Both the position numbers and the translations under genes were made by a program. The notes below the pieces were generated by a model that did no database searches, was not told where the DNA came from, and worked only from the letters and a program-made list of their open reading frames with translations. This document shows, in pieces, positions 18,438 to 29,326 of a DNA stretch of 54,649 nucleotides; the stretch's first letter is position 1, and the number at the start of each line of letters is the position of its first letter. The DNA lies in contig SLIL01000028.1 in assembly GCA_007135645.1 (NCBI GenBank), forward strand, positions 1 to 54,649, written 5' to 3'. This stretch comes from Bacteroidales bacterium. GTDB lineage: Bacteria > Bacteroidota > Bacteroidia > Bacteroidales > UBA7960.

Positions 18438-19778
18438 TCAATCTTTATATTTAATCCATTTCCATAATTCTTTGTACGATGGTTTTTTCCCGTACATTAA
18501 GATACCGGTTCTGTAAATACGTGCTGCCAGCCATGTTGTGGCCAGAAAGCCTCCAATCAACAGTGCGGCTGATATCCAGAGGTCTGTAAGGGGTACTCCA
18601 AAAGGTATCCTAACCATCATGATAATGGGCGATGTGAATGGGATCATGGAGAGCCAGAAAGCCACAGGGCCTGATGGATTATGCATTACCATTTGTGCCA
18701 TAACAATGGCGAATATCATCGGAATGGTGATAGGCAGCATAAACTGCTGCGTATCTGCTTCATTGTCTACAGCCGATCCTACGGCTGCAAAAAGTGCTGC
18801 ATAAAGAAGGTATCCAGCCAGAAAATAAAATATAAATGCCAGGATCATTACCTCAAAGTTTATGGCACTTAATCCCTCCATAACCTGGCCAACTGCAGTA
18901 TTATGCTGTTGCACCTGTTGCAGATGTTCCTGCAGCTCAGCAGGATTAAGCGATCGGGCACTGCTTATGTAGATCTGGTCCTGTGGCACAAACCTGAATG
19001 TATCGGGCATGGCAGTCCTGATGCCACTTACCAGGGCAAAAGTAAGGATTACCCAGATGCCAAACTGGGTAAGGCCCACCAGGGCAATGCCAATGATTTT
19101 GCCCATCATCAGCTGAAAAGGTTTTACAGAGGATACAATGATCTCAACAATACGGCTGGTTTTTTCCTCCATTACTCCCCGCATTACCTGGGCGCCAAAC
19201 AAGAACACAAAGAAATAGATCAGTATGCCACTAAAAATCCCCAGTGCCATGCTAACCTCCGGATAGTCTGTCTGTTCGTGCCCGTCGCGCAGCAGCCGTA
19301 TGGCCTGGATGCTGATTTTTGTTTCAGTGGCCCGTAACACTTCCGGGTCAATTCCGGCATGGGCAAGCTTCATGGTTTCAAATTCATTCTTCAGGATGTT
19401 CTCCACATAAAGTTTGGCATTGAGGTTTACCGCCTTTTCTGTAAATATGCGAAGGGTGGAAGGAGCCTGAAAAGCGGTGGTGGGTATATGCAAAACGGCA
19501 TCAAACTTACCATCTTTCATGAGCTCTATGGCCAGATCAACATCTACATTCAGATCTGTAAACCGTACATTGTTGGCATCAACAAATTCAGGAAAAAAAA
19601 GGCGGGTGTCATCTACAACAGCCACATCGTAAACACTATCTGACATACGCGCTATAAAAACCGGAACGATCATCAATGCTGCCAGCAGCAAGGGGCCCAG
19701 GATGGTCATTACTATAAATGACTTTTTCTTTACCCTGCTTAGGTACTCCCGTTGTATTATGACTGGTATTTTGTTCAT
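18438..19778 (-). CDS. ABC-2 type transporter permease (NatB-like)
   Basis: 446-aa ORF: one N-terminal TM helix, a large extracytoplasmic loop, then 5-6 C-terminal TM helices. Located directly downstream of an ABC ATPase. Confidence 0.8.
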   Translation of the reverse strand: MNKIPVIIQREYLSRVKKKSFIVMTILGPLLLAALMIVPVFIARMSDSVYDVAVVDDTRLFFPEFVDANNVRFTDLNVDVDLAIELMKDGKFDAVLHIPTTAFQAPSTLRIFTEKAVNLNAKLYVENILKNEFETMKLAHAGIDPEVLRATETKISIQAIRLLRDGHEQTDYPEVSMALGIFSGILIYFFVFLFGAQVMRGVMEEKTSRIVEIIVSSVKPFQLMMGKIIGIALVGLTQFGIWVILTFALVSGIRTAMPDTFRFVPQDQIYISSARSLNPAELQEHLQQVQQHNTAVGQVMEGLSAINFEVMILAFIFYFLAGYLLYAALFAAVGSAVDNEADTQQFMLPITIPMIFAIVMAQMVMHNPSGPVAFWLSMIPFTSPIIMMVRIPFGVPLTDLWISAALLIGGFLATTWLAARIYRTGILMYGKKPSYKELWKWIKYKD

Positions 19779-19806
19779 TTTCTAAGGTTTTACCGGTTTA
19801 CAATCT

Positions 19807-20781
19807 TTAAATCTCTTCCTGCAAATGTTTTTTCAGGGCTGCATTGGTGAGATCCTGTGGATATTTTCCGGTAACGGTTTTGATAAAAATATCGTTCATG
19901 CCTGGCAATTCCTCATGAAAGCCATGCAGCTGTACTTTTGGCAAAAGATGCTTAATAAGATCGTTGGCAGAATATTCTTTGTTTATTCGTACCCTCATAA
20001 CGCGATGTCCCTCCTTGTTGGTATCTTCATTAAGCAAATTGGCTACAGGATCAATGAGCTGTCTGCCAGAAAGATTGCTTCCACTGAGAGTTATTGAATA
20101 GATAAGGGTTGAATGGTCCTTCCTTATTTGCTCAAGATCTCCGTCGAGGATCTTTTCCGATTTATTGATAAGAGCTATATGATCACAGAGCTCCTCAACC
20201 GAGCTCATATTGTGTGTGGAAAATATTACACTGGTTCCCTGGTTTTTGAGGTTGATGATCTCGTCGCGGAGCAGGTTTACGTTGATGGGGTCAAACCCAC
20301 TGAAGGGTTCATCAAAAATAAGCAGTCTGGGCTTATGCAAAACAGTTACAATAAACTGCACCTTTTGCTGCATCCCTTTGGATAATTCCTCTACCTTTCG
20401 GTCCCACCAGGGTAGCAGGTCAAATTTCTCAAACCAGTTCTTAAGGGCTTTTTTTGCTTCCTGTGTTTTTACATCTTTAAGTTTGGCCAGGTAAAGGGCT
20501 TGTTCGCCCACTTTCATCTTTTTGTAAAGGCCCCTTTCTTCAGGAAGGTATCCGATCAGGGAAATATGCGATTTATTGAGTTTTTCCCCGTTAAAAAACA
20601 AAGATCCCTGATCAGGGGCAATGATCTGGTTGATGATGCGGATAAGAGTCGTTTTTCCCGCCCCATTTGGGCCCAGTAAACCAAAAATACTTCCTTCGGG
20701 TACAGAGACAGATACATTGGTCAAGGCCTGATGCTTGTCATATTTTTTAGATACATTTTCTGCCTGAAGAATATAATTCAT
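19807..20781 (-). CDS. ABC transporter ATP-binding protein (NatA-like, with C-terminal extension)
   Basis: 324-aa ORF with Walker A GPNGAGKTT, signature LSKGMQQK and Walker B LLIFDEP. Confidence 0.88.
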   Translation of the reverse strand: MNYILQAENVSKKYDKHQALTNVSVSVPEGSIFGLLGPNGAGKTTLIRIINQIIAPDQGSLFFNGEKLNKSHISLIGYLPEERGLYKKMKVGEQALYLAKLKDVKTQEAKKALKNWFEKFDLLPWWDRKVEELSKGMQQKVQFIVTVLHKPRLLIFDEPFSGFDPINVNLLRDEIINLKNQGTSVIFSTHNMSSVEELCDHIALINKSEKILDGDLEQIRKDHSTLIYSITLSGSNLSGRQLIDPVANLLNEDTNKEGHRVMRVRINKEYSANDLIKHLLPKVQLHGFHEELPGMNDIFIKTVTGKYPQDLTNAALKKHLQEEI

Positions 20782-20875
20782 TTGTAGGTGATTTTGTTAA
20801 ACCGGCCAGGATCAGCTTGCCATAAAGCAACACTAAACACTATTGCACCCAGCCATGGGGATAAAATGAGACTTT

Positions 20876-22033
20876 CTATTTGAAATAATCTTTCATCCGT
20901 TCAAAGAAGCTCTTATCGCTTCGCTGGGGATTGGGTTTAAAGTTATTTGATTTTGCCAGGTTCTCCAGGATATGCTTTTCTTCTTTGTTGATATTCTGTG
21001 GTGTCCATACATTGATGTTTACCAGCAGGTCGCCACGGCCATAAGCATTAACAGATGGCAGCCCTTTGCCTTTCAACCTGAGCACTTTACTGGATTGGGT
21101 GCCAGGTTCAATTTTTATACGTGCTTTACCTTCCAGTGTAGGTACCTCTATGGTAGTGCCCAGGGCAGCATCGGGGAAACTGATATAATGGTCGTACAGC
21201 AGGTTGTTGCCGTCCCTGATCAGTGACTCATGCTTAATTTCTTCTATAAGAATGATCAGGTCGCCTGGAATTCCTCCCCGTGCAGCGGCATTTCCTTTGC
21301 CACTCATGGACATTTGCATCCCTTCACCTACTCCGGCTGGAATATTTATGGAAATAACCTCTTCATCTTTTACAATGCCGTTGCCATAACAAGTGGTACA
21401 TTTTTCTGTAATGATCTGTCCTTCTCCACCACACGAGGGGCAGGATGATGTGGTTTGCATTTGCCCCAGGAAGGTGTTGGTAACCCTGGTAACACGCCCT
21501 TGTCCGTTGCAGGTGGAACAGGTGCGGTAGGCATTGCCATCCTTGGCACCACTTCCGTTACAGGTTTTGCAGGATACATATTTGGAGACTTTTATTTTTT
21601 TCTCAACTCCTTTGAGAATCTCTTCCAGGGTGAGTTTTACTTTTATCCTGAGGTTACTTCCTTTATTTACTCTGCGGCCCCGTGAGCTACCACCAAAACC
21701 TCCGCCAAATCCACCGCCAAAGGCACTGCCAAAAATATCCCCAAACTGACTGAAAATGTCCTCCATAGACATTCCACCTCCAAAGCCACCACCGTAGCCA
21801 CCTCCATTGCCCAGGCCGGCATGACCATAACGGTCGTAGCGGGCTTTTTTCTCCGGATTGCTCAATACTTCGTAGGCTTCGGCCGCTTCCTTAAATTTCT
21901 CCTCGGCATCCTTGTCGCCCGGGTTTTTGTCCGGGTGATGCTTCAGGGCCTTTTGGCGGTAAGCCTTTTTGATTTCGGCTTCAGTAGCGTTTTTTGATAC
22001 CTCAAGGACTTCGTAATAATCTCTTTTTGACAT
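20876..22033 (-). CDS. dnaJ: Molecular chaperone DnaJ
   Basis: 385-aa ORF with J-domain (HPD), G/F-rich region and four CxxCxGxG zinc-finger repeats. Confidence 0.97.
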   Translation of the reverse strand: MSKRDYYEVLEVSKNATEAEIKKAYRQKALKHHPDKNPGDKDAEEKFKEAAEAYEVLSNPEKKARYDRYGHAGLGNGGGYGGGFGGGMSMEDIFSQFGDIFGSAFGGGFGGGFGGSSRGRRVNKGSNLRIKVKLTLEEILKGVEKKIKVSKYVSCKTCNGSGAKDGNAYRTCSTCNGQGRVTRVTNTFLGQMQTTSSCPSCGGEGQIITEKCTTCYGNGIVKDEEVISINIPAGVGEGMQMSMSGKGNAAARGGIPGDLIILIEEIKHESLIRDGNNLLYDHYISFPDAALGTTIEVPTLEGKARIKIEPGTQSSKVLRLKGKGLPSVNAYGRGDLLVNINVWTPQNINKEEKHILENLAKSNNFKPNPQRSDKSFFERMKDYFK

Positions 22034-22044
22034 TGTTGTATTGT

Positions 22045-22707
22045 TTAATTAGCTACCACTACTTTGGCAAATCGCAGAACTTTGCCATTCAAAAGGTAAC
22101 CCTTTTGTACTTCATCAACTACTTTTCCTTTTTCCTTTTCTTCTTTTGCCGGGATGTTGGTAATGGCTTCATGAAAATCAGTATTGAATTCCTCACCAAC
22201 GGTGGGGATCACCTCAAGCCCTTTGTGTTTGAGTGTAGTTTTAAGCTTGGTCTGTATCAGGTTCAGCCCTTCTGTAAGGGCATCAATATCCGGATTTTCA
22301 ATGGCTGATTTGTAGGCTCTTTCCAGGTCGTCAAGCACCGGTAAAATAGCCTCTGTTATTTCTGCTGATGCATTTTTGGTCAGTTCCAGCCTTTCTTTCA
22401 AATTCCTTTTTCTGAAATTGTCAAACTCTGAAAAAAGCCTCAGGTATTTGTCATTCAGCTCTTTATTCTTTTCTTCAAGCTCTTTTATCTGCATTTCTCC
22501 TGGATCTGTTTCTGTGGATTGTTCATTCTTCTGGTCAGCTTTTGCTTCCTGTTTCTCTTCCAGGGTGGATTCAGGAGTTTGACCTGATTCCGTTCCGTTT
22601 TCTGCAATATTGTCAGTTTCGGCAGCGTTTTCCTGGATCTTTTCGTCAGCTTTTCCTTCAGCTTTTTCGTTTATATCTTGTTGCTGTTCTTTTTCTTTCT
22701 TAATCAT
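22045..22707 (-). CDS. grpE: Nucleotide exchange factor GrpE
   Basis: Acidic N-terminus, coiled coil, GrpE C-terminal domain. ATG at 22707 preferred. The ORF track starts at a GTG at 22740. Confidence 0.9.
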   Translation of the reverse strand: MIKKEKEQQQDINEKAEGKADEKIQENAAETDNIAENGTESGQTPESTLEEKQEAKADQKNEQSTETDPGEMQIKELEEKNKELNDKYLRLFSEFDNFRKRNLKERLELTKNASAEITEAILPVLDDLERAYKSAIENPDIDALTEGLNLIQTKLKTTLKHKGLEVIPTVGEEFNTDFHEAITNIPAKEEKEKGKVVDEVQKGYLLNGKVLRFAKVVVAN

Positions 22708-22801
22708 AACCTTTATAAAGATTTTTGGATGGTTAAACACATAAAATCACAAGAGGGCCATCAAAGTTTTTGCCATTATCAATTACAGGTCAAATTGGCA
22801 G

Positions 22802-24112
22802 TCAGGAGTCAATCCGTTTTATTTTTGCACCCAGCTTATTGAGCCGTGCATCGATATGTTGATAGCCCCTGTCTATTTGCTCAATGTTGTGAATGGTGCT
22901 TTTGCCTTCGGCACTCATGGCAGCGATCAGGAGAGCAACCCCTGCCCTGATATCGGGCGAAGTCATTTCAAGTGCTTTCAGGGGATATTGCCTGTTGAGC
23001 CCGATTACAGTGGCACGATGGGGGTCACAAAGAATGATCTGGGCTCCCATGTCAATAAGTTTGTCTACAAAAAACAGACGGCTTTCAAACATTTTTTGAT
23101 GAATAAGCACACTCCCTTTTGCCTGGATTGCCGCCACCAGAACAACACTCAGCAGATCAGGTGTAAAACCTGGCCAGGGAGCATCGCTGATGGTGAGGAT
23201 ACTGCCATCAATAAATGTGTCTACAGTATAGTGGGGCTGTGAGTCAATCAAGATATCGTCATTGTTCAATTCAAATTGTATCCCCAGCTTTCTGAACACT
23301 TCAGGAATGATGCCCAGTTCCTTGTATTTTATGTTTTTTATGGTAATACTGCTTTGGGTCATGGCGGCCAAGGCAATAAAGCTTCCGGTTTCTATCATGT
23401 CGGGCAGCAACGTATGCCGGCAACCACCCAGCTCGTTTACTCCTTCGATGGTAAGCAGGTTTGATCCAACACCATGAATTCTTGCCCCCATACCAATGAG
23501 CATTTTGCACAATTGCTGAACATAGGGCTCGCAGGCAGCATTATAGATAGTGGTGGTTCCCTTTGCCAGGGAAGCTGCCATTACAATATTGGCTGTGCCT
23601 GTTACAGAAGCCTCATCAAGCAAAATATAAGTGCCCTTGAGCGATTTTGCTTCTATACTGTAAAAGCCGGATTGTTGATCATAAACGAAATTGCCTCCCA
23701 GTTTTTGTAAGCCCGTAAAGTGGGTGTCAAGTCTTCTTCTTCCGATCTTATCACCGCCGGGTTTGGGGATGAATGCCTTTTTGTACCGGGCCAGCAGCGG
23801 GCCTACAATCATAACAGAACCACGCAGGCGTGATGCTTTGTTTTTAAACTCTTTTGAATGCAGATAATCCAGGTTTATTTCATCAGCCTGAAAAGCGTAT
23901 TTCCCGGTATCCAGTTTTTTTGTGGCTACACCAAGATCTGCAAGCAACCCAATAAGGTTGTTTACATCAATAATATCAGGAATGTTTTCAATGATTACTT
24001 CTCCGGGGGTAAGCAATGTAGCACATATTACCTGTAGTGCTTCGTTTTTGGCTCCTTGCGGGGTAATTTCACCATTTAGTTTTAATCCACCTTGTATCTC
24101 AAAGGAACTCAT
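22802..24112 (-). CDS. murA: UDP-N-acetylglucosamine 1-carboxyvinyltransferase
   Basis: 436-aa ORF, EPSP-synthase fold, with N-terminus GEITPQGAKNEALQ and PGGDKIGRRRLD. Confidence 0.95.
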   Translation of the reverse strand: MSSFEIQGGLKLNGEITPQGAKNEALQVICATLLTPGEVIIENIPDIIDVNNLIGLLADLGVATKKLDTGKYAFQADEINLDYLHSKEFKNKASRLRGSVMIVGPLLARYKKAFIPKPGGDKIGRRRLDTHFTGLQKLGGNFVYDQQSGFYSIEAKSLKGTYILLDEASVTGTANIVMAASLAKGTTTIYNAACEPYVQQLCKMLIGMGARIHGVGSNLLTIEGVNELGGCRHTLLPDMIETGSFIALAAMTQSSITIKNIKYKELGIIPEVFRKLGIQFELNNDDILIDSQPHYTVDTFIDGSILTISDAPWPGFTPDLLSVVLVAAIQAKGSVLIHQKMFESRLFFVDKLIDMGAQIILCDPHRATVIGLNRQYPLKALEMTSPDIRAGVALLIAAMSAEGKSTIHNIEQIDRGYQHIDARLNKLGAKIKRIDS

Positions 24113-24115
24113 TTA

Positions 24116-24775
24116 TTATTTCTTTTTTTTGAAGTGTCCCTTGGAGGGTTGTTTCTTTTGCTGGCCTCCTTTTTTCTTCCCCCCTTGTGCTATAGTGCTG
24201 GTATTTACAAGTCCTGAAGTTTTTGCAAGAATATCCTGGGTGTTGCTGAGTTTTATGGTATCATCCAGTTCAAGTTTACCGCCAGATAGGAGGGATAGAT
24301 GCGATGCGATCTCCTCGTCAGTTACTGTATCGCGGTTCCAGGTAAGGTAGGACTTTTTTAAGTGATTGGCAATGGCCTTAATAAGTGCCTGTTTCTCCGG
24401 GCCGTCTTCAAATTCAGTTGCCTTCTGGATCATTTGCTCGATATGTCTTCCGTAGTGCCTGTATTTGATATGGTTTGATGCATAACCAAGCCTGTCGGGT
24501 TTCTTGGTTAATATTTCTTTTGAAGGAATGGGATAGGGGGAGTCAACATCAAGTTTGAAGTTTGACATGATAAACAAATGATCCCACAGCTTGTGTTTAA
24601 AGTCATTGATGTCTCTGAGGTGAGGATTGAGCTGCCCCATAACCTGTATAGTTGCCCTTGCCAGCTTATTGCGCTTGTCACGGCTCTCGATAGTCATGAT
24701 ATGTTCAATCATTTTTTGAATATTACGGCCATATTCCGAAATATTCATTTTGGATCTTTGCGAATTGTATTCCAT
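24116..24775 (-). CDS. DUF4290-domain protein
   Basis: 219-aa ORF starting MEYNSQRSK..EYGRNIQKMIEH, with a Lys/Gly-rich C-terminal tail. Its stop lies 3 nt before the murA start, so the two genes are probably co-transcribed. Confidence 0.75.
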   Translation of the reverse strand: MEYNSQRSKMNISEYGRNIQKMIEHIMTIESRDKRNKLARATIQVMGQLNPHLRDINDFKHKLWDHLFIMSNFKLDVDSPYPIPSKEILTKKPDRLGYASNHIKYRHYGRHIEQMIQKATEFEDGPEKQALIKAIANHLKKSYLTWNRDTVTDEEIASHLSLLSGGKLELDDTIKLSNTQDILAKTSGLVNTSTIAQGGKKKGGQQKKQPSKGHFKKKK

Positions 24776-25056
24776 ATACGTATAAATGTGATAAAAAAGT
24801 GCAGTTAAAGTACTATCAAAACGGGGTATTTTGCCAGGTATTATTCGGGTTGAGCAAATCTGGCTGTCATAAAAATCGTATAATGTTTCAACCGGCTTTT
24901 AGAAAAGATGAGCGCTTTCAGGTTTTTTTATTGCATTTGTAAACACTTATTGTTTTACTATTGCTGTGATCGGAAGGCATAATTGTGCGTACGATCCTTG
25001 CTGCCTGCTTCAATTATTGGGCAAATATATGAATAAAAAACCTTAATATTCAGTAA

Positions 25057-27348
25057 TCAGCTTAAAATTTTCAACCGGGCAAATTTCAGCAATAATTGTT
25101 TTTTCCCGAAATTATTGAATAACACGGTAGCTTTGGCATTTTCACCATTCCCTTCTACGGCTTCCACTTTTCCCATGCCAAATCGCTGGTGTTGCAACAT
25201 GGTGCCTGGTTCAAGGTCCTGTGGCTTAACAAGCTGAAACATACTGTCTGCTTCAGGTTGTTGCCTGGCTTTCTGTTGATCAGCACTTCCGGAATTGTCT
25301 GCCGAAAAACTTTTGCGGCTGTCGGCAAAGCTCTCCTTCAGCCAACCCTGTTTTTTTATGGGTTGCCGGGTGGCAGTATTGATCACAAACTCCGGGGCCA
25401 GCTCATCAATAAACCTGCTGGGTTCGCAAATGTTGAATTGTCCGAATTTAAACCTTGTTTCGGCCCAGGTAACCGTAAGTTGGGTCATGGCTCTGGTAAC
25501 AGCTACATAAAACAGTCTTCGCTCCTCTTCAAGATCTGCCCTTGAGTTGAGAGACATTTGCGAAGGGAACAGGTTTTCCTCCACGCCCACCATGTATACA
25601 TAGGGAAATTCGAGCCCTTTTGCTGAGTGGATAGTCATCAGAGATACTTTATCACTGTCAGCAGGGTCTTCCTTATCAAGGTCAGCATCGGTCATCAGGG
25701 CAATGTCCTGCATAAATACGTCCAGTGTTCTCAGGGGATTTTCCCCTTCCACGTCCGAAGGCATCTCTGAGAAGTCTTTGAGTCCATTGAGCAATTCTTC
25801 CACATTTTCCTTTCTGTTCATATCCTCAGGGCTTTCTGAGGCATGGTAGTGCTTTAAAATACCGCTGGAAGTGGCAATTTTTCTGCCCATCTCGTAGGCA
25901 TTGTATTGATTGAGCTGTGTGCTGAGGCTTTTGATCATCAGAACAAACTCCTGCAACCTGTTTTTTACCGCATTGCCGACTTCGAGCCTGAAATTGCCCG
26001 GTTGTTCAGCTACTTCAATCAATGGCACCTGGTTGTCGTTGGCACACACAATGAGTTTGTCAAGGCTCGTTTTTCCAATGCCCCGGGCAGGGAAGTTTAC
26101 CACACGCAAAAAGGCATCCTCGTCATTGTGGTTGATCACCAGCCTGAAATAGGCCAGCATGTCCTTTATCTCCTTCCTTTGATAAAAGGATACACCTCCA
26201 TAAATGCGGTAGGGAATGTTGATCTTTCGCAGGGCTTCTTCAAGGGAACGCGACTGGGCATTGGTGCGGTAGAGGATGGCAAAATCACGGTTGTTGAGAT
26301 GTTTATTCATCCTGATCTCAAAAATATTGTTGGCAACCCATATGCCCTCTTCATTTTCACTGGATGATTTTACAATTTTTATCAGTTCTCCGGTATCATT
26401 ATCCGTCCACACTTTTTTCTGGATCTGGTCTTTGTTGTTTATGATGACACTGTTGGCGGCATTCACAATATTCTTGGTGGACCGGTAGTTTTGTTCCAGC
26501 TTGAAAACTTTGTTGTCAGGATAGTCTTTTTTAAAGTTCAGGATATTCTGGATGTTTGCTCCCCTGAACGCGTAAATGCTCTGCGCGTCATCACCTACTA
26601 CACAAATATTCTCGTTATTGGCTGCCAGCTTTTTTACAATCAGGTATTGAGAAAAGTTGGTGTCCTGGTACTCATCCACAAGAATATATTTGAACTTGAG
26701 CTGATACTTATATAATACGTCGGGAAAATCTCTCAGTAGCACATTGGTATTAAACAGCAGATCGTCAAAATCCATGGCCGATGCTTTGCGCAGGCGTTGC
26801 TGATAAAGGCTGTATACCAATCCTGTTTTTGGTTTCTGGTTCTGAATATCGTAAGATTGTATTTCTGCGTCCTCGTTGTAATCCAGTGCAGAGATCAGGT
26901 TGTTTTTTGCATTGGAGATCCGGCTGAGTACATAACCGGGGGCATATTTTTTATCATCGAGCTGTTGTTCTTTTACGATGGCTTTGATAAGCCTTTTGGA
27001 ATCGTCAGTATCGTAAATGGTGAAATTGGAAGGGAACCCCAGTTTATCAGATTCAATGCGCAATATCCGGGCGAAAATCGAGTGAAAGGTCCCCATCCAC
27101 AGGGATTTGGCCCTTGAAGCTCCAACCAGTTGGGCAATCCTTTCCTTCATTTCTCTTGCTGCCTTATTGGTAAAGGTAAGAGACAGGACTTGAAAAGGAT
27201 CCACCCCTTTGCTTAAAAGGTAAGCAATACGGTAAGTAAGTACACGTGTTTTTCCCGATCCCGCGCCGGCAATTACCATTACCGGTCCTTCGGTGTTCAA
27301 CACTGCCTGCCTCTGGGGTTCGTTCAGATCCTTTAAAAAATCAGCCAT
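25057..27348 (-). CDS. ATP-dependent DNA helicase, UvrD/PcrA/Rep family
   Basis: 763-aa ORF with SF1 motifs AGAGSGKT, DEYQDT, VGDDAQSIYAFRGA, TIHSAKGLEF and VAVTRA. Confidence 0.93.
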   Translation of the reverse strand: MADFLKDLNEPQRQAVLNTEGPVMVIAGAGSGKTRVLTYRIAYLLSKGVDPFQVLSLTFTNKAAREMKERIAQLVGASRAKSLWMGTFHSIFARILRIESDKLGFPSNFTIYDTDDSKRLIKAIVKEQQLDDKKYAPGYVLSRISNAKNNLISALDYNEDAEIQSYDIQNQKPKTGLVYSLYQQRLRKASAMDFDDLLFNTNVLLRDFPDVLYKYQLKFKYILVDEYQDTNFSQYLIVKKLAANNENICVVGDDAQSIYAFRGANIQNILNFKKDYPDNKVFKLEQNYRSTKNIVNAANSVIINNKDQIQKKVWTDNDTGELIKIVKSSSENEEGIWVANNIFEIRMNKHLNNRDFAILYRTNAQSRSLEEALRKINIPYRIYGGVSFYQRKEIKDMLAYFRLVINHNDEDAFLRVVNFPARGIGKTSLDKLIVCANDNQVPLIEVAEQPGNFRLEVGNAVKNRLQEFVLMIKSLSTQLNQYNAYEMGRKIATSSGILKHYHASESPEDMNRKENVEELLNGLKDFSEMPSDVEGENPLRTLDVFMQDIALMTDADLDKEDPADSDKVSLMTIHSAKGLEFPYVYMVGVEENLFPSQMSLNSRADLEEERRLFYVAVTRAMTQLTVTWAETRFKFGQFNICEPSRFIDELAPEFVINTATRQPIKKQGWLKESFADSRKSFSADNSGSADQQKARQQPEADSMFQLVKPQDLEPGTMLQHQRFGMGKVEAVEGNGENAKATVLFNNFGKKQLLLKFARLKILS

Positions 27349-27389
27349 TTGCCTTCTGTTGTTTCAGTTTATTATTTTAAAATTGTTGG

Positions 27390-27397
27390 CAAAGATA
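27390..27397 (-). promoter_or_regulatory. Candidate -7 promoter box TATCTTTG (minus strand) for the helicase gene
   Basis: Plus-strand CAAAGATA, 42 nt upstream of the ATG at 27348. Confidence 0.45.
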
Positions 27398-27523
27398 CTG
27401 ATCATTATTTTTTTTGATACTATCCGCGGAAGGATTTTAAAATTCCTTACCGATTAACCCGGAATTTATATTTTTACATTTTAAACAAACCATCATTCAC
27501 TAAACCCTTAAAATTTTCAAACA

Positions 27524-28624
27524 ATGAGAAGCTACTTCAATCAATTAATTTTCAGATTTCTGCCAGCTGTATTACTTAGTACTTTTTTATGGTTGCCAGT
27601 TTCATCTCAGCAACAGGAGTCCGCAAAGCTTCAAGAGTCGCTGGACAATTATTTTTACAATCTTCGCCACAGGCTTGATGTGTTGGAGAAAAAGATTGAT
27701 GATGTTTTATGGTTTAAAAGGGTGGGGGATATCGCCCATGTTGACAAGGTATTTATGGCCGGACCTCCTCCCAGGGGTCATGAAACAGCAAAAACACTCC
27801 AGGGAAAAAACCCCATTAAATTCTGGTCGTATGTGTTTATTCCCAAAGATATAGATCCCTCCAGAAAATATCCTCTTATAGTGATCCCTCATGGTGGTGT
27901 ACACGGAGATTTTAATACCTATTATACCCACATTATCCGCGAACTGATGGCCCAGCAATACATTGTGGTGGCACCGGAATACAGGGGGAGCACCGGTTAT
28001 GGCCGTCTTACCTACGAGTTAATTGATTATGGAGGGCTGGAAAACGATGATGTGGATGTAAGCCGGCAATACATGATTGACAACTACAGCATTGTTGACC
28101 GCAACCGGGTTGGTATTGTAGGTTGGAGCCATGGAGGGATGATTGCCCTGATGAATATTTTCGAAAACCCACGCCATTATAAATGTGCATTTGCCGGGGT
28201 GCCGGTTAGCGACCTGGTGGCCCGAATGGGATACAAAAGACCTGCCTACGAAGATTTCTTTTCTGCAGATTACCATATTGGTGACATGGTGCACGAAAAT
28301 ATTGATGAATACCGGAGAAGATCGCCCGTATATCATGCCCATAAGCTCAGAACACCTTTGCTTATCCATACCAATACCAACGATGAGGACGTTCATGTAC
28401 TGGAAGTGGAGAATCTTATCAACAGGCTCAAAGCACTTGACAAAACCTTTGAGTATAAAATTTTTGAGGATATTCCCGGCGGACACTCCTTTGATCGCAT
28501 GGATCATTCCCAGGCGCGAGAGATCAGGTTTGGTATCTATAAGTTTCTGGAAAAGCACCTTGATCCGCCCGTAAAATTCCGCAACCAGCAAGAGATGGAA
28601 AGAGCTGCTTACCGATACCGTTAA
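27524..28624 (+). CDS. S9 (prolyl oligopeptidase) family alpha/beta-hydrolase, catalytic domain only, secreted
   Basis: 366-aa ORF with signal peptide, nucleophile elbow GWSHGG and C-terminal D...H (GGHSF). Confidence 0.8.
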   Translation: MRSYFNQLIFRFLPAVLLSTFLWLPVSSQQQESAKLQESLDNYFYNLRHRLDVLEKKIDDVLWFKRVGDIAHVDKVFMAGPPPRGHETAKTLQGKNPIKFWSYVFIPKDIDPSRKYPLIVIPHGGVHGDFNTYYTHIIRELMAQQYIVVAPEYRGSTGYGRLTYELIDYGGLENDDVDVSRQYMIDNYSIVDRNRVGIVGWSHGGMIALMNIFENPRHYKCAFAGVPVSDLVARMGYKRPAYEDFFSADYHIGDMVHENIDEYRRRSPVYHAHKLRTPLLIHTNTNDEDVHVLEVENLINRLKALDKTFEYKIFEDIPGGHSFDRMDHSQAREIRFGIYKFLEKHLDPPVKFRNQQEMERAAYRYR

Positions 28625-28662
28625 AAATTAAGCGCAGCGCTTTATTGAATAAAAATCTTTTG

Positions 28663-28670
28663 TATCTTTG
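28663..28670 (+). promoter_or_regulatory. Distal promoter-like box TATCTTTG in the rpsL leader
   Basis: Context TTTTGTATCTTTGTGCCCCTAA, 242 nt upstream of the rpsL ATG. Confidence 0.4.
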
Positions 28671-28827
28671 TGCCCCTAATTTCCGGAAAATAATTTTGCT
28701 GATTATCAGTAATTTTACTCCTGAGGTTAGGGGCAGTTTCATACTTAGTGTTTGTAAGAAGCTGCTAATGTTGCAGGTAAATAACTATTTTTTTCTAAGC
28801 CGTTATTGGTTTATTAAAATAAGTTTG

Positions 28828-28835
28828 TACCTTTG
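28828..28835 (+). promoter_or_regulatory. Proximal promoter-like box TACCTTTG for the str/S10/spc operon
   Basis: Context GTTTGTACCTTTGCACTCCCTAA, 77 nt upstream of the rpsL ATG. It is a near-repeat of the distal box context. Confidence 0.5.
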
Positions 28836-28911
28836 CACTCCCTAAAAAATGCTTGATAATTTGTAACCCAATAATAGAGAAGTTTTTACATAACATTTTT
28901 AAAATCAAAGT

Positions 28912-29292
28912 ATGCCAACAATCCAACAATTGGTTCGTAAAGGACGCCAAAAGGTGACTTACAAGAGTAAATCACCCGCTTTGGACTCATGCCCCCAAAG
29001 GCGCGGAGTATGTGTTAGGGTTTATACTACCACCCCCAAGAAGCCTAACTCTGCAATGAGAAAAGTTGCCAGGGTAAGGCTTACCAATGGTAAAGAGGTG
29101 AATGCCTATATTCCCGGCGAAGGACACAACCTGCAAGAGCACTCAATCGTACTCATCCGTGGTGGAAGGGTAAAAGATCTGCCAGGGGTAAGATATCACA
29201 TTATCAGGGGTGCGCTCGATACCAGCGGCGTTGAAGGCCGTAACCAAAGAAGGTCCAAGTATGGAACCAAAAAACCTAAAGCGAAAAAATAA
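28912..29292 (+). CDS. rpsL: 30S ribosomal protein S12
   Basis: 126 aa, [12 protein letters not shown]...[15 protein letters not shown]. Confidence 0.98.
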   Translation: MPTIQQLVRKGRQKVTYKSKSPALDSCPQRRGVCVRVYTTTPKKPNSAMRKVARVRLTNGKEVNAYIPGEGHNLQEHSIVLIRGGRVKDLPGVRYHIIRGALDTSGVEGRNQRRSKYGTKKPKAKK

Positions 29293-29326
29293 TCTAAGAA
29301 TCAGAGCGATTAAATCTTTTGAATAA

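Noticed and set aside
28645-28845. 66-aa ORF in the rpsL leader.
   Set aside because: The translation is hydrophobic/AT-rich and spans both promoter-like boxes. The region is more plausibly non-coding leader or sRNA sequence.
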